The notes under the pieces are model-generated. The model saw only the letters and a list, made by a program, of their open reading frames with translations. It was not told the DNA's origin and did not search any database. A stretch of DNA of 64,000 bases, taken from Leptogorgia sarmentosa. Its lineage: Eukaryota. Shown one piece after another: positions 13,426 to 25,369 of this stretch. The first letter of the stretch is position 1, and each line of letters starts with the position of its first letter. Both the position numbers and the translations under genes were made by a program. The stretch is from contig OZ210885.1 of the NCBI GenBank assembly GCA_964658305.1, positions 4,092,001-4,156,000 on the forward strand, read 5' to 3'.

Positions 13426-16400
13426 TTATGTCTCTCGTCTATCTTCGTCAGCTTGTTCCCTGATACGTAGGTTAGCAGCAGCCGCTGCGTCTCTTCTCGT
13501 TCGTGGGACAAAGGGGGGTGCCTGGGGGTTAGGTCTCGGGAAGTGTTCCTCATTGCAAGTCAATTCGAGGGGGTATAATTGCTGGATTGCTCGTTCTAGC
13601 ACCCCGTTCGTCGTTTTAACTTTGGCGCCCCGCACGACCTCGTCGTTTCCCTTGATCACCTCTACGACAATCCCGAGTTTCCACGTCTTTCGATTCTTGT
13701 TATCATCTTGAATGATCACGGCTGATCCCTTTCGTGGTACCGACGCTTGCTGGCCTCCCCAGTTCACGTGACGTTCTCGCAGGCTTCGGACATACTCTCG
13801 AGTCCAACGTTTCCACATGATTTCTTTGCACTTCCTGAGAATCTTGGCCCTCCTCCGAAGTTCTGTGTCCTCTATGTGATGGGCTTCCAGGACCGGCACT
13901 CGACCAGGATTGATGTTTAACATTGAGTTTGGCGTGAGCACCGGTGTCCCAGTTGATTTGGACCCCCGTAGATTTGGACCCCCGGTCCATATATACTAGT
14001 AGATTTGGACCCCCCGGTCCAAATCTCCTAGTAGAATTGGACCCCCTGGGGGTCCAAATCTCCTAGTAGATTTGGACCCTCTTTAGTGGATTTGGACCCC
14101 CCCCTTAAAAAGTAAAAAAATGTTTGTGTGAACACAATAATTAACGATCACGGTCTTTGTAGAAGTCATTATTTTCACTTTGACGTTTATAGCTTGATAG
14201 TAGCGATTAACCTAAAGTATGTTATCACGTCAAATATTATGGCCGCAAAACATCAAATAAATAAATAGAATGTAGTGTGATTAAAATAATTTGTGTGTAA
14301 TATTGCTAATATAAAAGCGAGTCCTTCGCGCCATTTCCCAGACAACCGAAGTCTAAAGCTGTCCGATTTCGAAAAGAGTTTGGGCATTGTCAGATCGAAT
14401 TGTTTTGCCATTGTTTCATGCCAGAGTCATGGGATGATATGATCGAGTGTGACTTGTGCGGGAAATGGTTTCACGTCAAGTGCGAGAATCTTTCAGAGTT
14501 TCCAGACGTTTTCAGTTTTAGTGTGTTTAGTTGTTTAAGACATGTAATAAATAAAAAACAATGTTTTCTATATACATTTGTATGCATGTGTATTTCATTT
14601 TTATATGGATAATTAGCTCCGGCTACAAGGGGGTCCAAATCCACTAAAGGGGGTCCAAATCTATTAGGAGATTTGGACCGGGGGGTCCATTTGTACTAGG
14701 AGATTTGGACCGGGGGGTCCAAATCTACTGGGGGGTCCAAATCCGCTGTGACAACCCCCAACATCGGGTTCTGACACGCTTAACTAGCCGCCGCAATTTC
14801 GGGATCCAGTAATTTTCTCTAATCTTGGCCATGGTCATCCCAACTCCACCATGTAAGGTTGATAAGTGCGCTCGTTCTACTAGCTTGTGGGCAAATGGGT
14901 GATTTTGGGGTATGTAGATGGGATACTCTCCTTCAATTCGTCCCCGACATTCTAAGAGACCACTCTCGTTTCGTTGAAGGTTCAGCTTCACCTCGTCTTT
15001 ACCGATTTCGTTGTTATCCGATGCGTCACCCTGTGCTCTTTTAATCTACCACGAAAGCTGTATCTGAATCTCCACCGTCTTTATAGGACCCTGCTCTAGA
15101 TCGTCGCCCAAACGTTTGCGTCTGCAGTTTTCGATAAACCTTCGCACCCATGCCCCAATCCTTAGGACCTTGCGAAGTTCATGCGCTTCGAGTAACTCGT
15201 CCAATTCGTCCGCGACTCTTGGTGTTGCATTTGTCGTGGTGAAGACGTTCTTCGACATCTTTGCTTCGGCGCTGCTCTCTTGGCTGGGTTCTGGGACAAT
15301 GTTTGGAGGCCACTTGCTCGGATGTCTCAACCAGTCAGGACCGTTCCACCACAATTCACTGTCCACACACGCGCTTCCTCGGCTTCCCAAGTCAGCTGGA
15401 TTACCATCGGTAGGGACATGGTGCCACTGTATACGTGCTTGCTCCTTTATCTTCGCCACGCGATTCGAAACGAACTGTCGATATTCACCCCGGCCATTAA
15501 TCCAGTAAAGAGTAACGGTAGAATCACTCCAACAATGGACTGCCACGACCTTCATAGTATCGATAGCACGTTCTACGTTCGTCACGAGGTTCTTCGCCAT
15601 ATGGGCAGCCACAAGTTCGAGCCGAGGTATAGTGAGACTTTTCTTGGCAAGACGTGACTTCGAGCAAACAAGCCCTTGCGTTGTACCGTTTTCCTGTTCT
15701 ACCACCGCGTACACCGCTGCTGACACGCCGAGTTTGCTGGCGTCGCCGAACGCGTGGAGGGTAACTGCTGTTACGGGTTGGGGGAAGGGTGCTAAACTGC
15801 GTGGCACTGTAAACGTTGTCGATGCCACTAGCTGCCATTCTTCCCATCGTTTCTTGATCTGCTCCGTTAACGCTCCGTCCCACGAGAGTTTGGCTTCGCA
15901 CATTTCCCTGTAGAGTTGCTTCGCGACTACGGTCGACGGAGAAACCAGGCCTAAAGGGTCATAAACCTTCGCTAGTTCCGATAACGCCTCTCGTTTGGTT
16001 GTTACTGGTTCCTGTTTGGTCTCAACGGTAAGTGTATCCTTCGTTTTGTTCCATGTTAGGCCGAGTAACTTCGTTTCTCGCTTGTTCGTGGAGTCTTCGT
16101 TCGGTTTGTTGACCGCCGATTTTGGTGTGTTTTCTTCAAGATCCATAACATTCGAATGCCATTTGTGCAATTTAAATGACCCGTCTTCGAACACTTCTAC
16201 AGCCTTTTCACGTTTCGTTGACACGGATTCCACTGATTCTCCCCCCGTCATCAAGTCGTCAACGTACAACCCGTCTCGAATTTCTTTCACTTCATTTGGG
16301 TACTTCGACTCCCATCGCCTTAAATGTTCGTTAATAACTCCACCGAGGAGAAATGGCGAGCATGTCATTCCGAACAAAGCTCGAGTAAACCGATACACCG

Positions 16401-18812
16401 TCGTCACGTCGCTTCCCGAGCTTTTCCAGAAAAATCGTAATGAATCTCTTTCTTGCTCTTTGATGCGAATTTGTAGGAAGGCTTTCTCGATGTCGCTGGT
16501 TAAAAGGATGGGGTAGAATCGTATCCGGACGAGAATATTCCACAGTTGATTTGAAGTGGTGGGCCAGGGTAAAGAGACTCGTTCAATGATGGTTGTTCAC
16601 TTGATTCCTTCGCCGAGGCGTCGAAGACTATACGTAGCTTTGTGGTCTCTGCCGACTGTTTGACTACACCTTTATGTGGTAAATAATGCTCCTTGCCACT
16701 GGCTTCGACTGGAGCTCGTTCTATAATGCCTTGGTCGAGTTGTTCTCGCATGATATCATCATATCGTTCGTAGTTCCCCTCGCGAGTCAGTTTCTTTATC
16801 ACAGACACCAAGCGACGTCTACTTCCTGCTTCGTTCGTAGGTAGTCTGGGATGGTTGGCTTTCCATGGGAGGTTGGTCTCGTACCAACCTTCGGGGCGTC
16901 TCGTCAGCTGTTCTTTGAAGTCTTCGTACACTACGCTCTGGTCGTTTTCCGCCGCATCAGCTAGTCCGAGAACATCTAACCTGCATAGGTTTTCGAAATC
17001 AGAGTGCGCTGTTTGAGTCAAGAGCATCGTACTTCGGTCAAAATCGATCCCAGGGCTCATAATAAACCAGCCAAACTTTGTTTTCTCTGCAACTGGCTCG
17101 CATTCGCCACCGATGAGTGGTTTCGTACTTGTTTTAATTCTTGCGTATTCGCCATTTCCTAACACCAGGTGAATGGGCAGCTCTCTTTTCGTATCATAGT
17201 CGTTGATGACAGCGTCTTGAAGGTGGCTGTACTTGCGTCTTAACTCCGCGTATCCCGGGTTACTTATGTTAAGAAGTTCTGGCTTTTCCACTTTAGCTAT
17301 CTTCACATTCATCTTGAAATTTCCGTCTAGAGCGCTAATTTCCGTGTCGTAGTATTCTATTCGTGTGGTCTTCGATCCCATTAGCATATCAATGCGTTGT
17401 AACTTGGTCTCGCTCGGTTTTTCGTCAATCATCGTTACCAGCTTTGCAGACGCATACGACCCGCCGGCGCCAGAATCGATTAATGCGCGACACATGACAC
17501 CGTTCACTTTCACCACGACCACTGGGAAAATTCCTTCCCCAGCGCCACCGTCTGTCATCAACTTACCCCCGTTCCCATCTGATTGACGTGGATGTTGACA
17601 GATTGATGAGTGGTGACGTTTGTTGCAATGCTGACACGACGCTTTGCTAGAGCATTCGGCTGCGCGATGTTTTCTCGTAGCGCAATTAAAACACAGGCCC
17701 TTCTTGGCCAGGATTTTCTTTCGTTCACTCGTGTCCGTTATTTTGTTGCACTGCGTTGCCTTGTGACCAGCGTCTTCGCAATAAACACAGCCTCGCACTC
17801 TCACTTCGTCCTCGCGCGCATGAAAGACACTCTTACGTTCGTCGCGATCTTTCTCGTTTGAGGTTGCCGGATTTCGCTTAACCCACTGACGCACGGCTTC
17901 GCTTAGCTTAGCAAAGTCCCAGGATTCCCAATCGGGGTCAGTACGGACCAAATCTCCCCTAATTGCGACTAGTTTCCCGAGTGTCATCGCGACATTCCCT
18001 CTCACTTGCTCGAGCTTTTTCATAGTGTCAAGCGCTTGGACACAATAGGACAATTTCTCGCTGAACTCTGCTATTTTACGGGGATTTGCGCTCGTTATAT
18101 AGGGCAATTCGAGTATTTCCCGCACGTAACTATTGACAATCTCCGACTCTTTCCCATATCTATCGAGGAGAACAGACTTGGCTCGGTTATAACCCTCCGT
18201 TGTAAATGGCAAGGTTTCGACACAACGTTTAACTTTAGGGTCGAGTAACTCTCGTAGGTACGTCAATTTGGTGATAGGGGCGATCGAACTTTTGTCAATA
18301 GCTTCGCTGAATTGACCCCAGAATCTAGGCCAATCCATAAACGTACCATCAAATTTGGATATCACTAACTTTGGCAATTTTGCGGTTTTAAAGTCCGAAC
18401 ATTCCTGCATTTCCGGTTTTGTTCGAGACAGTTCGAGTTCGGACTTCATCTTCAATCGTTTTTCATGCAAATTTAATTCTGCTCTGAACTGTTCCTCTTG
18501 CGCTAATTGTTTCTCAGACAGTTCCTTTTCGGAAAGCCATTGTTCTAAACGGTTTATTTCAACATCACCTTGCTCAATTTGACCTTCGATCGCAAGATTC
18601 CACTCGTTAATGTTCTCAGCGCTTTCTTCAGCCCCTATTTTGGCTGCCTCAACGGTACGTTTATGTTCGTTCGCTTCACGGACTGTTTCACGCAGCGCAT
18701 TGAGATGCCGCTTAATACTTTCAGGCTTACCTGAATCCAAGATACTTTTCGTTCGGTCAACGCCAAGCTTCAACTGCTTCAACTTCGTTTGTAAGTGTTT
18801 ATCCATGGACAA
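13426..18812 (-). pseudogene. BEL/Pao gag-pol polyprotein, disrupted
   Basis: Gag with three Cys/His knuckles, protease LIDSGA, RT YVDD, RNase H FGDAS and TIPRLEL, integrase HHCC region and C-terminus; frameshift near 16550, stop at 15046-15048, integrase core missing. Confidence 0.9.
13945..14753. mobile_element. Non-autonomous TIR transposon, Ginger1-like, with PHD-finger remnant
   Basis: TGT...ACA ends; long imperfect TIRs built of GATTTGGACCCC repeats; left flank CCGG; internal FCHC...IECDLCGKWFHVKC at ~14400-14485. Confidence 0.7.
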
Positions 18813-18894
18813 CCGCGTGTCGTTAGATCTATTCCCTTGTAAAGTTGTATTCGAATATAGCTGGCGTTTCAGCTATCCCGTCGGAGGTGCCACG

Positions 18895-19096
18895 TGTCGA
18901 GAATGTTTGCCTCCAAAACAGTTGTCCTCGACAAGTCACCAAAAATAAACTTTACTAACAAATTTAATCATAAAAATCACAGCCCGAGGTTTGACGCGTA
19001 TCCCACTTCTCACACACTGACTAACTGACACCCGATATTTTAATTCTAACCTATTTAATTGACTACCCTAATTGACTTATCTGTCAGTTCTCAACA
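18895..19096 (-). repeat. 5' LTR of the BEL/Pao element
   Basis: Direct repeat of 13069-13270; adjacent to the PBS. Confidence 0.95.
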
Positions 19097-20339
19097 GAAC
19101 CCCGTCAGTACGCGTACAAGAAACACAGCTCGACCGTGACAGCTTTGATACAAGTCACAGATTCCTTAAAACTCGCTGTTGATCAAAAACAGTACTCAGT
19201 GGCTACCTTTATCGATCTGCGAAAGGCGTTCGATGTTAATGATCATCATGTTGTTCTGGAAAGATTAAAAAAATATGGGTTTGGGGAATCCGAGGCCAAT
19301 TGGATCTGTTCATACCTAACTGACAGGCAACAATATGTCGTATGTAATGGTGCCCAATCCCAACTATTACCAAATAACTACGGCGTCCCACAAGACTCTG
19401 TGCTCGGTCCCTCGCTGTTTTGTTTGCTTTTCAATTCAATAGTCCACAGCTTCCTCTCTTCAAAACCATCTCTTTATGCGGACGACATTGAAGCCCACTG
19501 TTCGCATCCTAATCTTGATGTAGCACAGTCACAAATGAATAAAGATCTTAAACCAGTGGACCAATGGTTGGCAGAAAACAGAATGATCCCAAATGTCAAA
19601 AAGACAAAATCTATGGTTATCGGATCACGGCATGCACTGAAAAGGGGAAACGATATAGAAATCTAGCTGGAAATGAAATCCTTGATGTGGTCACTACTTT
19701 TGGCTATCTCGGTGTTCGATTAACCAACACTCTATCATGGGAACAGCATGTTAGCAGAATAAGTCAACGCCTATATCCAAAACTTGGCTTACTCAATCGC
19801 ATATCTTCATTTCTTCCTCCCACAATGTTACTCCGTTTCTACAAACAAACTATACTACCCATCTTGGACTATGGTTCGACCGTTTGGCATGAGTGCGGAA
19901 TAACCCAAACGAGGCGGATCGAGAAACTGCAAAATCGTGCCCTGAGGATTATCCTTCACAAAGGCAGGCGAACATGCTCTCAAGAGATGCGCAACGAACT
20001 GAAGCTGCTGACTTTGCACAGCAGAAGACGATTCTTGTGCTTTATGAGTATTTTCAAGATACTTTACAACTTGGACTGCCCCAGCCAACTGAGAGATTCC
20101 TTCACATTCAGACATTTCATGCACAACAGAGACTTGAGGGATAAGATGCTGCTCGATCTTCCGAAGGTGTGAATAGTGCAATAAGCCAAACCACATTCAA
20201 ATATGCTGGTACTAAAGACTGGAACTCTTTACCATTGAACATTAGAGAAATAATATCATTCTCAAAATTTAAACGTACTGTTTACGCGCATCTTTTAGAA
20301 CTTGACAATAGTTCTCATAATTTGTAGTTTATAGTTTAT

Positions 20340-20800
20340 CAAACCACAATCGACATTTACTGACAAGAAAGAACTAAGCACCAGATGGCTGTAATTGCCG
20401 AGGAAAGGATAAATGCCCGCTTGATGGTAATTGTCTCGCGAAAAGTATCGTCTATAAAGCTGAGATCACAACACCAGACGACGGTCAAATGAAGGAATAC
20501 ATTGGTATGACAGCAGGGACCTTCAAAGCAAGATATGCCAATCACAAAAAGTCCATCAACTCACATCGCTATTCAAACGAAACTGAGCTTTCGAAGTACG
20601 CATGGAAACTAAAACAAAAGGAACAATCATAAACCATCAAGTGGTGACCCATATTAACACAAGCTCCATCTTATACGGCCGGGGCTAGCTCTCTCTGCTT
20701 AGAAGAGAAGTTTTATCTAATGAAATCGCATAACGATAGAACATTGAACAAACGAACAGAACTATTTTCAAAATGCCCCCATAGAAACTCGTTTAGCGCG
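20340..20800 (+). mobile_element. Penelope-like element GIY-YIG endonuclease fragment
   Basis: Translates CNCRGKDKCPLDGNCLAKSIVYKAEI...EYIGMT...RYANHK...TELSKYAWKLK...LNKRTELFSKCPH, with stops. Confidence 0.8.
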
Positions 20801-21061
20801 CGGACTTTCAAGACAGACGGTCAAAGACCCTTGAACCTCAAAGACAAATTTCCCTGCCATTATTGAATCCAAATTGCGTGGCGCAGCAAAATGCTTTCTT
20901 TTCTTGCATGTATATTGTATTATATGCTTTGGTACATTTGCGAGAAAGAAGCAATCAGCGCCGCGCGTGAACGCATTGGCAACTTTTTCAACATTTATAA
21001 TCTACTATCCTAGCTTATTTATTATTTGCAATTCTGAATCCAGTTTCCATCTAGTCGTTTT

Positions 21062-22337
21062 TAGTGCAAAGTTTAACTTTGCAGTATTGTGATGAGGGGC
21101 GAAAATTCACATCAGCGATTCAGCTATTCAGCTATTCAGCGATTCAGCGATTCATTCATAGTGTAAACTCCGGGGGGAGCGTCCCAAATTCTTCTGATAT
21201 GCGAAACTCCGTAGTTGACTGATATGAGTGATATCCTTGGAATGTTTGAACAAAGATGATTCGATTGCAGTTATATATCTTTGCTTATCATTATTTGCAT
21301 TTGTTCTCATCGATACGAAAGTTAGTTAGATGAGAAATGTGATCAAAGAAGCGCACATTATACAGTACACAATGGCGGAGGCCCCCCCGGAATTTAAGTT
21401 TTTGCAAAAATTGCAACTCAGCACATGTCTGGGGAATGAAATTACACAATATGGCGGACGCTAAGAGTGGGACCGTGAATCAGTAATTCACTATGATGAT
21501 AATATGTGGCCAACATGTCTGAATACGTTGATAAAGCAGTTAAAATGTTCTTTATATATCAGCAATGAATCTAGAGATTTGAATTTATTATCATTATTAG
21601 TAGAAAACTTGTATTTGGCTCGTCATGCACAATTTAAAATAGCTACTGTTAACTGCCGCCGTGCGTATTATATTAAAACATTTAGTTGGCCGACATTGCC
21701 ATCGCAATTCGCAAATAGCGGGCAAACTCAGATGTGTAGCACAGTAGAACTCGTCATAACAAGATAGCCATAATTTTGTATCGTATTTAGTTAATATGGT
21801 TGTCATAGCCAACATATTTGCGAGCTTTCGCATTTATAGCTTTCGTGTTTGTTTTCGCCGTCTTCGACTCTTCCCGTCTTCCGGCCTCGCGGTTGTTTGT
21901 TTCTACCGGGGATTTACAGAATTTTCGATACTAAAAGAACTAAACCATATACAGGCATACAAAATTAAATTTAACGTTGGCCTGATGCTGTGAATAAACT
22001 GGATATTTTATTACGACGCAGAAGTATCAGTACGATGTGTATGTATTTTAAAAAGGTCAGAGGTCGGAGATTTATCTGATTTGCTTTTAACACGCGCGCT
22101 GTCGCGACTGCCAGTTGCTTTCTGACAATAAAATAGTGATTATTTTCAAAATATGATTTTAATGTCTTCTTAGGCCCGTTTCAAACGTGGAATTTTGGTT
22201 GCATCGAATGCAATTCAAACAATGAATAATGAGATGACTAACTTCATTATCCATTGTTTGAACTGTATTCGACGCGACCAAAATTCGACGTATGAAACGG
22301 GCCTTAGAAACTTTGCACTATCCTTGGATCCCTAGTT
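21062..22337. mobile_element. Non-autonomous Helentron/DINE-like element, copy 2 (complete)
   Basis: Subterminal IRs TAGTGCAAAGTTT (21062) and AAACTTTGCACTA (22308-22320); 5' hairpin; internal (CAGCKATT)n microsatellite; 3' mini stem-loop ATCCTTGGAT then CTAGTT. Confidence 0.65.
22173..22303. mobile_element. PIF/Harbinger-type foldback MITE, 131 bp
   Basis: GGCCCGTTTCA...TGAAACGGGCC, almost wholly palindromic; TTA duplicated on both sides. Confidence 0.85.
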
Positions 22338-22933
22338 AAATTTCGAGTCCGGGTTTTCCAAAGTTGAATCCGGGTTTTGTCAAGGGTGATTCCGGGTTTT
22401 ATTTGTAGTCCGGGTTTTCACTGAGTCCGAGTCCGGTCCGGATTTCAAAGTATGCCCGGTTGAATCAGTAATTTGAATTATAAAATCTTGAACTGCAGTC
22501 GAAGCGATGATTAATATGTGTACTGAACTAAAGTAAAGTTTTGAAATAATTAAAGTATTGCCCTCAACATAACTCCAAATACTAAAACACAAACTGCCTA
22601 TTTCTTAGTACCACATTAAAACAAAATTAATTAAATGACCAGGTCATATGGTAGTATTGGTAATATTAATGGTAATATTCAATTCATAAATATATTCATA
22701 AAATCCTGTTCTGCTCGACGGATTTCCTTGTTAAAGCTCATTTCAAAAGAAATCCGTTGCATGGGCAGAACACGAATATATTATATATACATGCCGTCTA
22801 ATTGACGCTCTAGCTTAGCCCCTGCAAATGATTAAGATTTTTCGTCATATTTCTTGAAAAGCTATCAGAAAATCAGTTATCACTCCCTTAACGCTTGAAA
22901 ACGAGCACAATATAAGACGGATCAATCAAGCTA

Positions 22934-23086
22934 CAGGAGGTTGAGTATCTATCGAAGCGAAACTCCCACGAATATTCAAGAAGGCTTGCAGTAAGGGGGA
23001 GATATTGTAACCGAGTGTAACTTCACGAAGACTGAATACGCTGCATTATAATTGGTGAGAGATTGGCTGGAATTGTGAACTGCAAG
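22934..23086 (+). promoter_or_regulatory. Probable non-coding 5' UTR exon of oxidase copy A
   Basis: Conserved in inverted orientation at 62599-62756 including the donor AG|GTAAGTTGAT; TATAAG at 22911; acceptor ttttttatag at 25350 just before the ATG. Confidence 0.6.
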
Positions 23087-23510
23087 GTAAGTTGATTGTC
23101 GTCGGTCGTCCACGCTACAGAGTAATTTAAATATATATACAACCGCCACCCTGCTGGTCATTCGATCATACGGCACTAACTTGAAAAGCCTAAACAGACT
23201 TGAATCAATACATATATAAATTATAGTTGTAGATTTGTTTCTATTGCATAAAGTGAAATAGTATAATATAGTTACTTATGTATGTTATATAAACTGGATC
23301 GAGTACAGCCCAGAAAGCGTACAGCCGTTTTAGCTCAAGTAATAATTATAAATAGCAAAGTTAAATATTCTATTATCTCCGAAAAATTTTCCTCCAAAAC
23401 GTAGATAGCTAAAGCATCGCCTTCCTTCAGGAAATTCGATAAATCTGTTGACAATTCAAGCGACGTTTTGCCAACAGTTTACCAATGGAACAACTTGTTA
23501 TTTATATACC

Positions 23511-23632
<122 letters not shown>

Positions 23633-24703
23633 GTATAACAATGTGCCCTCCCGGTTATCACCATAATGGCCTTATGGCAACTCCTGAACTTGGGCACAGG
23701 ATGTACGGTTACACATTGTGAGGAAGGATTGAATTGTGGAGTCACCAGAGTGCTCAAACTGCGAGCAGTGAGCAATGCATATTGCAAATAGTGAATGTCT
23801 AATAAAGACTCTCCACCCAATCCAAGAGAGTGCTCAAACTGCATGAGCAGTGAGCAAAATATACAAAACGTATAACAACGTTCTCTCCCGGTTATCACCA
23901 TAATGGCCTTATGGCATATATACATATATCACATATAATTCTAGGTATAGTGTATACTAAAACAATTAGACAACTTGACCTCGTTGTCTATGAGCGAATA
24001 GTCAATTCGCCCTTCGTCCTCGTTGACTATTCGTTCATAGACAACTCGGCCTCGTTGTCTAATTGTTAAATATATATTGTGAGTTGAAATGAAAATCAAA
24101 TGAAACCAAAAATCAAATTCGCTAAATAATAAATTAGAATTTTTTTAAACATGTAATTGTACGAAAAGTGGTAGAAATGCATGCATTGTATATATGAAGT
24201 AAAACGCCTATGTTACCGGCGTGCACATAAACATGTTCTGGAATTTGCTATTAAATGTCTCATTCCCTGCCCGATAAAATAGACTGCAGTCTGTTTCCTC
24301 ATTTAGGTAGGTAAGGATCCCAAGGTGGGTTATACATCGGTGTAAACAACATGAAAAGCAGATGATTTCCAGTTGCCAATAACTTTGGGGGAAAATATTC
24401 ATTCGTACATGTGCTGCATCATTAATTTCTTTTAAAATCGATTGTTTTTATGGCCTGTGAACAGGAATATATGAATAATGCCTCTTTATCGATCTTCCTA
24501 AGCCACAGTCCACCAATGTTTTTAAAGTTTTTTAAGCCAACTTCGTTATAGGAAATGCACGAGTTGGAGAACACGCTAGATCGATAAGCAATTAACATGA
24601 AAATAATGAAAATAAAATAAATTGCCGGAGAATTAAAATTTCTTTTCTTAGTGACAAACGAATGCACTAGACGATGAAATATTTCAACGTTCAGCGAATT
24701 CTG

Positions 24704-24801
24704 TAGCCTGCTCGCAGACGCTGTTTATTAATGAAATGATGGAATGTAAGCTTACATTCATTCATTCATTTCATTAATAAACAGCGTCTGCGAGCAGGCT
24801 A
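24704..24801. mobile_element. 98 bp foldback MITE with 9 bp TSD (Academ-like termini)
   Basis: TIR TAGCCTGCTCGCAGACGCTGTTTATTAATGAAATGA; TSD CGAATTCTG at 24695-24703 and 24802-24810; superfamily assignment tentative. Confidence 0.8.
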
Positions 24802-25369
24802 CGAATTCTGTTGTTACTGAATATAAAGGCTATGTGCAAAGAATCTAGTTAGATCTCTTCCCACGCAAGACAGACCCTGTTTACACACATTTGCATAGAC
24901 ATCGGATTCGGTCAGTTCGTGATCATCACAACTCTTATCACCACTCTTTCCATGAATAGTTGTTATTAAATTCTGTAATATCATCATAGATTTAAGAGCC
25001 GCACTCGTCTTGAAACTATGCAATTAAGGGTCGTCTTTTGAAAAGTCGTGAAAATGGGTCGTATTCAAAGCTGGCCCCTCTTGAGTTCACTTTTATAATC
25101 TTTACACTAAACAAATTGTTGGTGAATTTGCTTTGGATTTTAAGTTAACCCAGGATTAAACTAACAGGCATTTGAACAACCGGCCCCTGATGTATAAGAC
25201 AGAATAGTCACTTCAAACACAACATAAAAAGAAAGCATAGGTATCAGTGTAGGAGGGTCGCCTTTCGAAAAGTCGTGAAAATCCATGGAATCGTATTCAA
25301 AGCTGGCTTCTCTTGAGTTTCACTTTTATAATCTTTACACTTTTTTATAGATTTACTTAGCCGAACAAG

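Larger units (their letters stand above)
13069..19096 (-). mobile_element. BEL/Pao LTR retrotransposon with both LTRs, defective
   Basis: 202 bp LTRs (13069-13270, 18895-19096) with TG..CA ends and one mismatch; TSD GAAC; PBS-like TGGCACCTCCGACGGGA; PPT TGGGGGAGGG. Confidence 0.95.
5768..20330 (+). mobile_element. Non-LTR retrotransposon A (CR1/L2-group RT pseudogene) split into 5768-6124, 12803-13068 and 19097-20330
   Basis: Pieces rejoin in register: ATGND|NIPAKILK, NYRPISILP, PRQYAYKKHSST, FIDLRKAFD, YGVPQDSVLGP, LYADD; contains stops and frameshifts. Confidence 0.85.

Noticed and set aside
14400..14612. Host PHD-finger gene
   Set aside because: Truncated and lying inside a TIR element nested in BEL
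18875..18894. Assigning the BEL primer tRNA
   Set aside because: A TGG-initiated PBS is visible but I cannot match it confidently to a specific tRNA
15116..18948. Plus-strand ORFs overlapping BEL
   Set aside because: Antisense shadows of the gag-pol frame with no recognisable motifs
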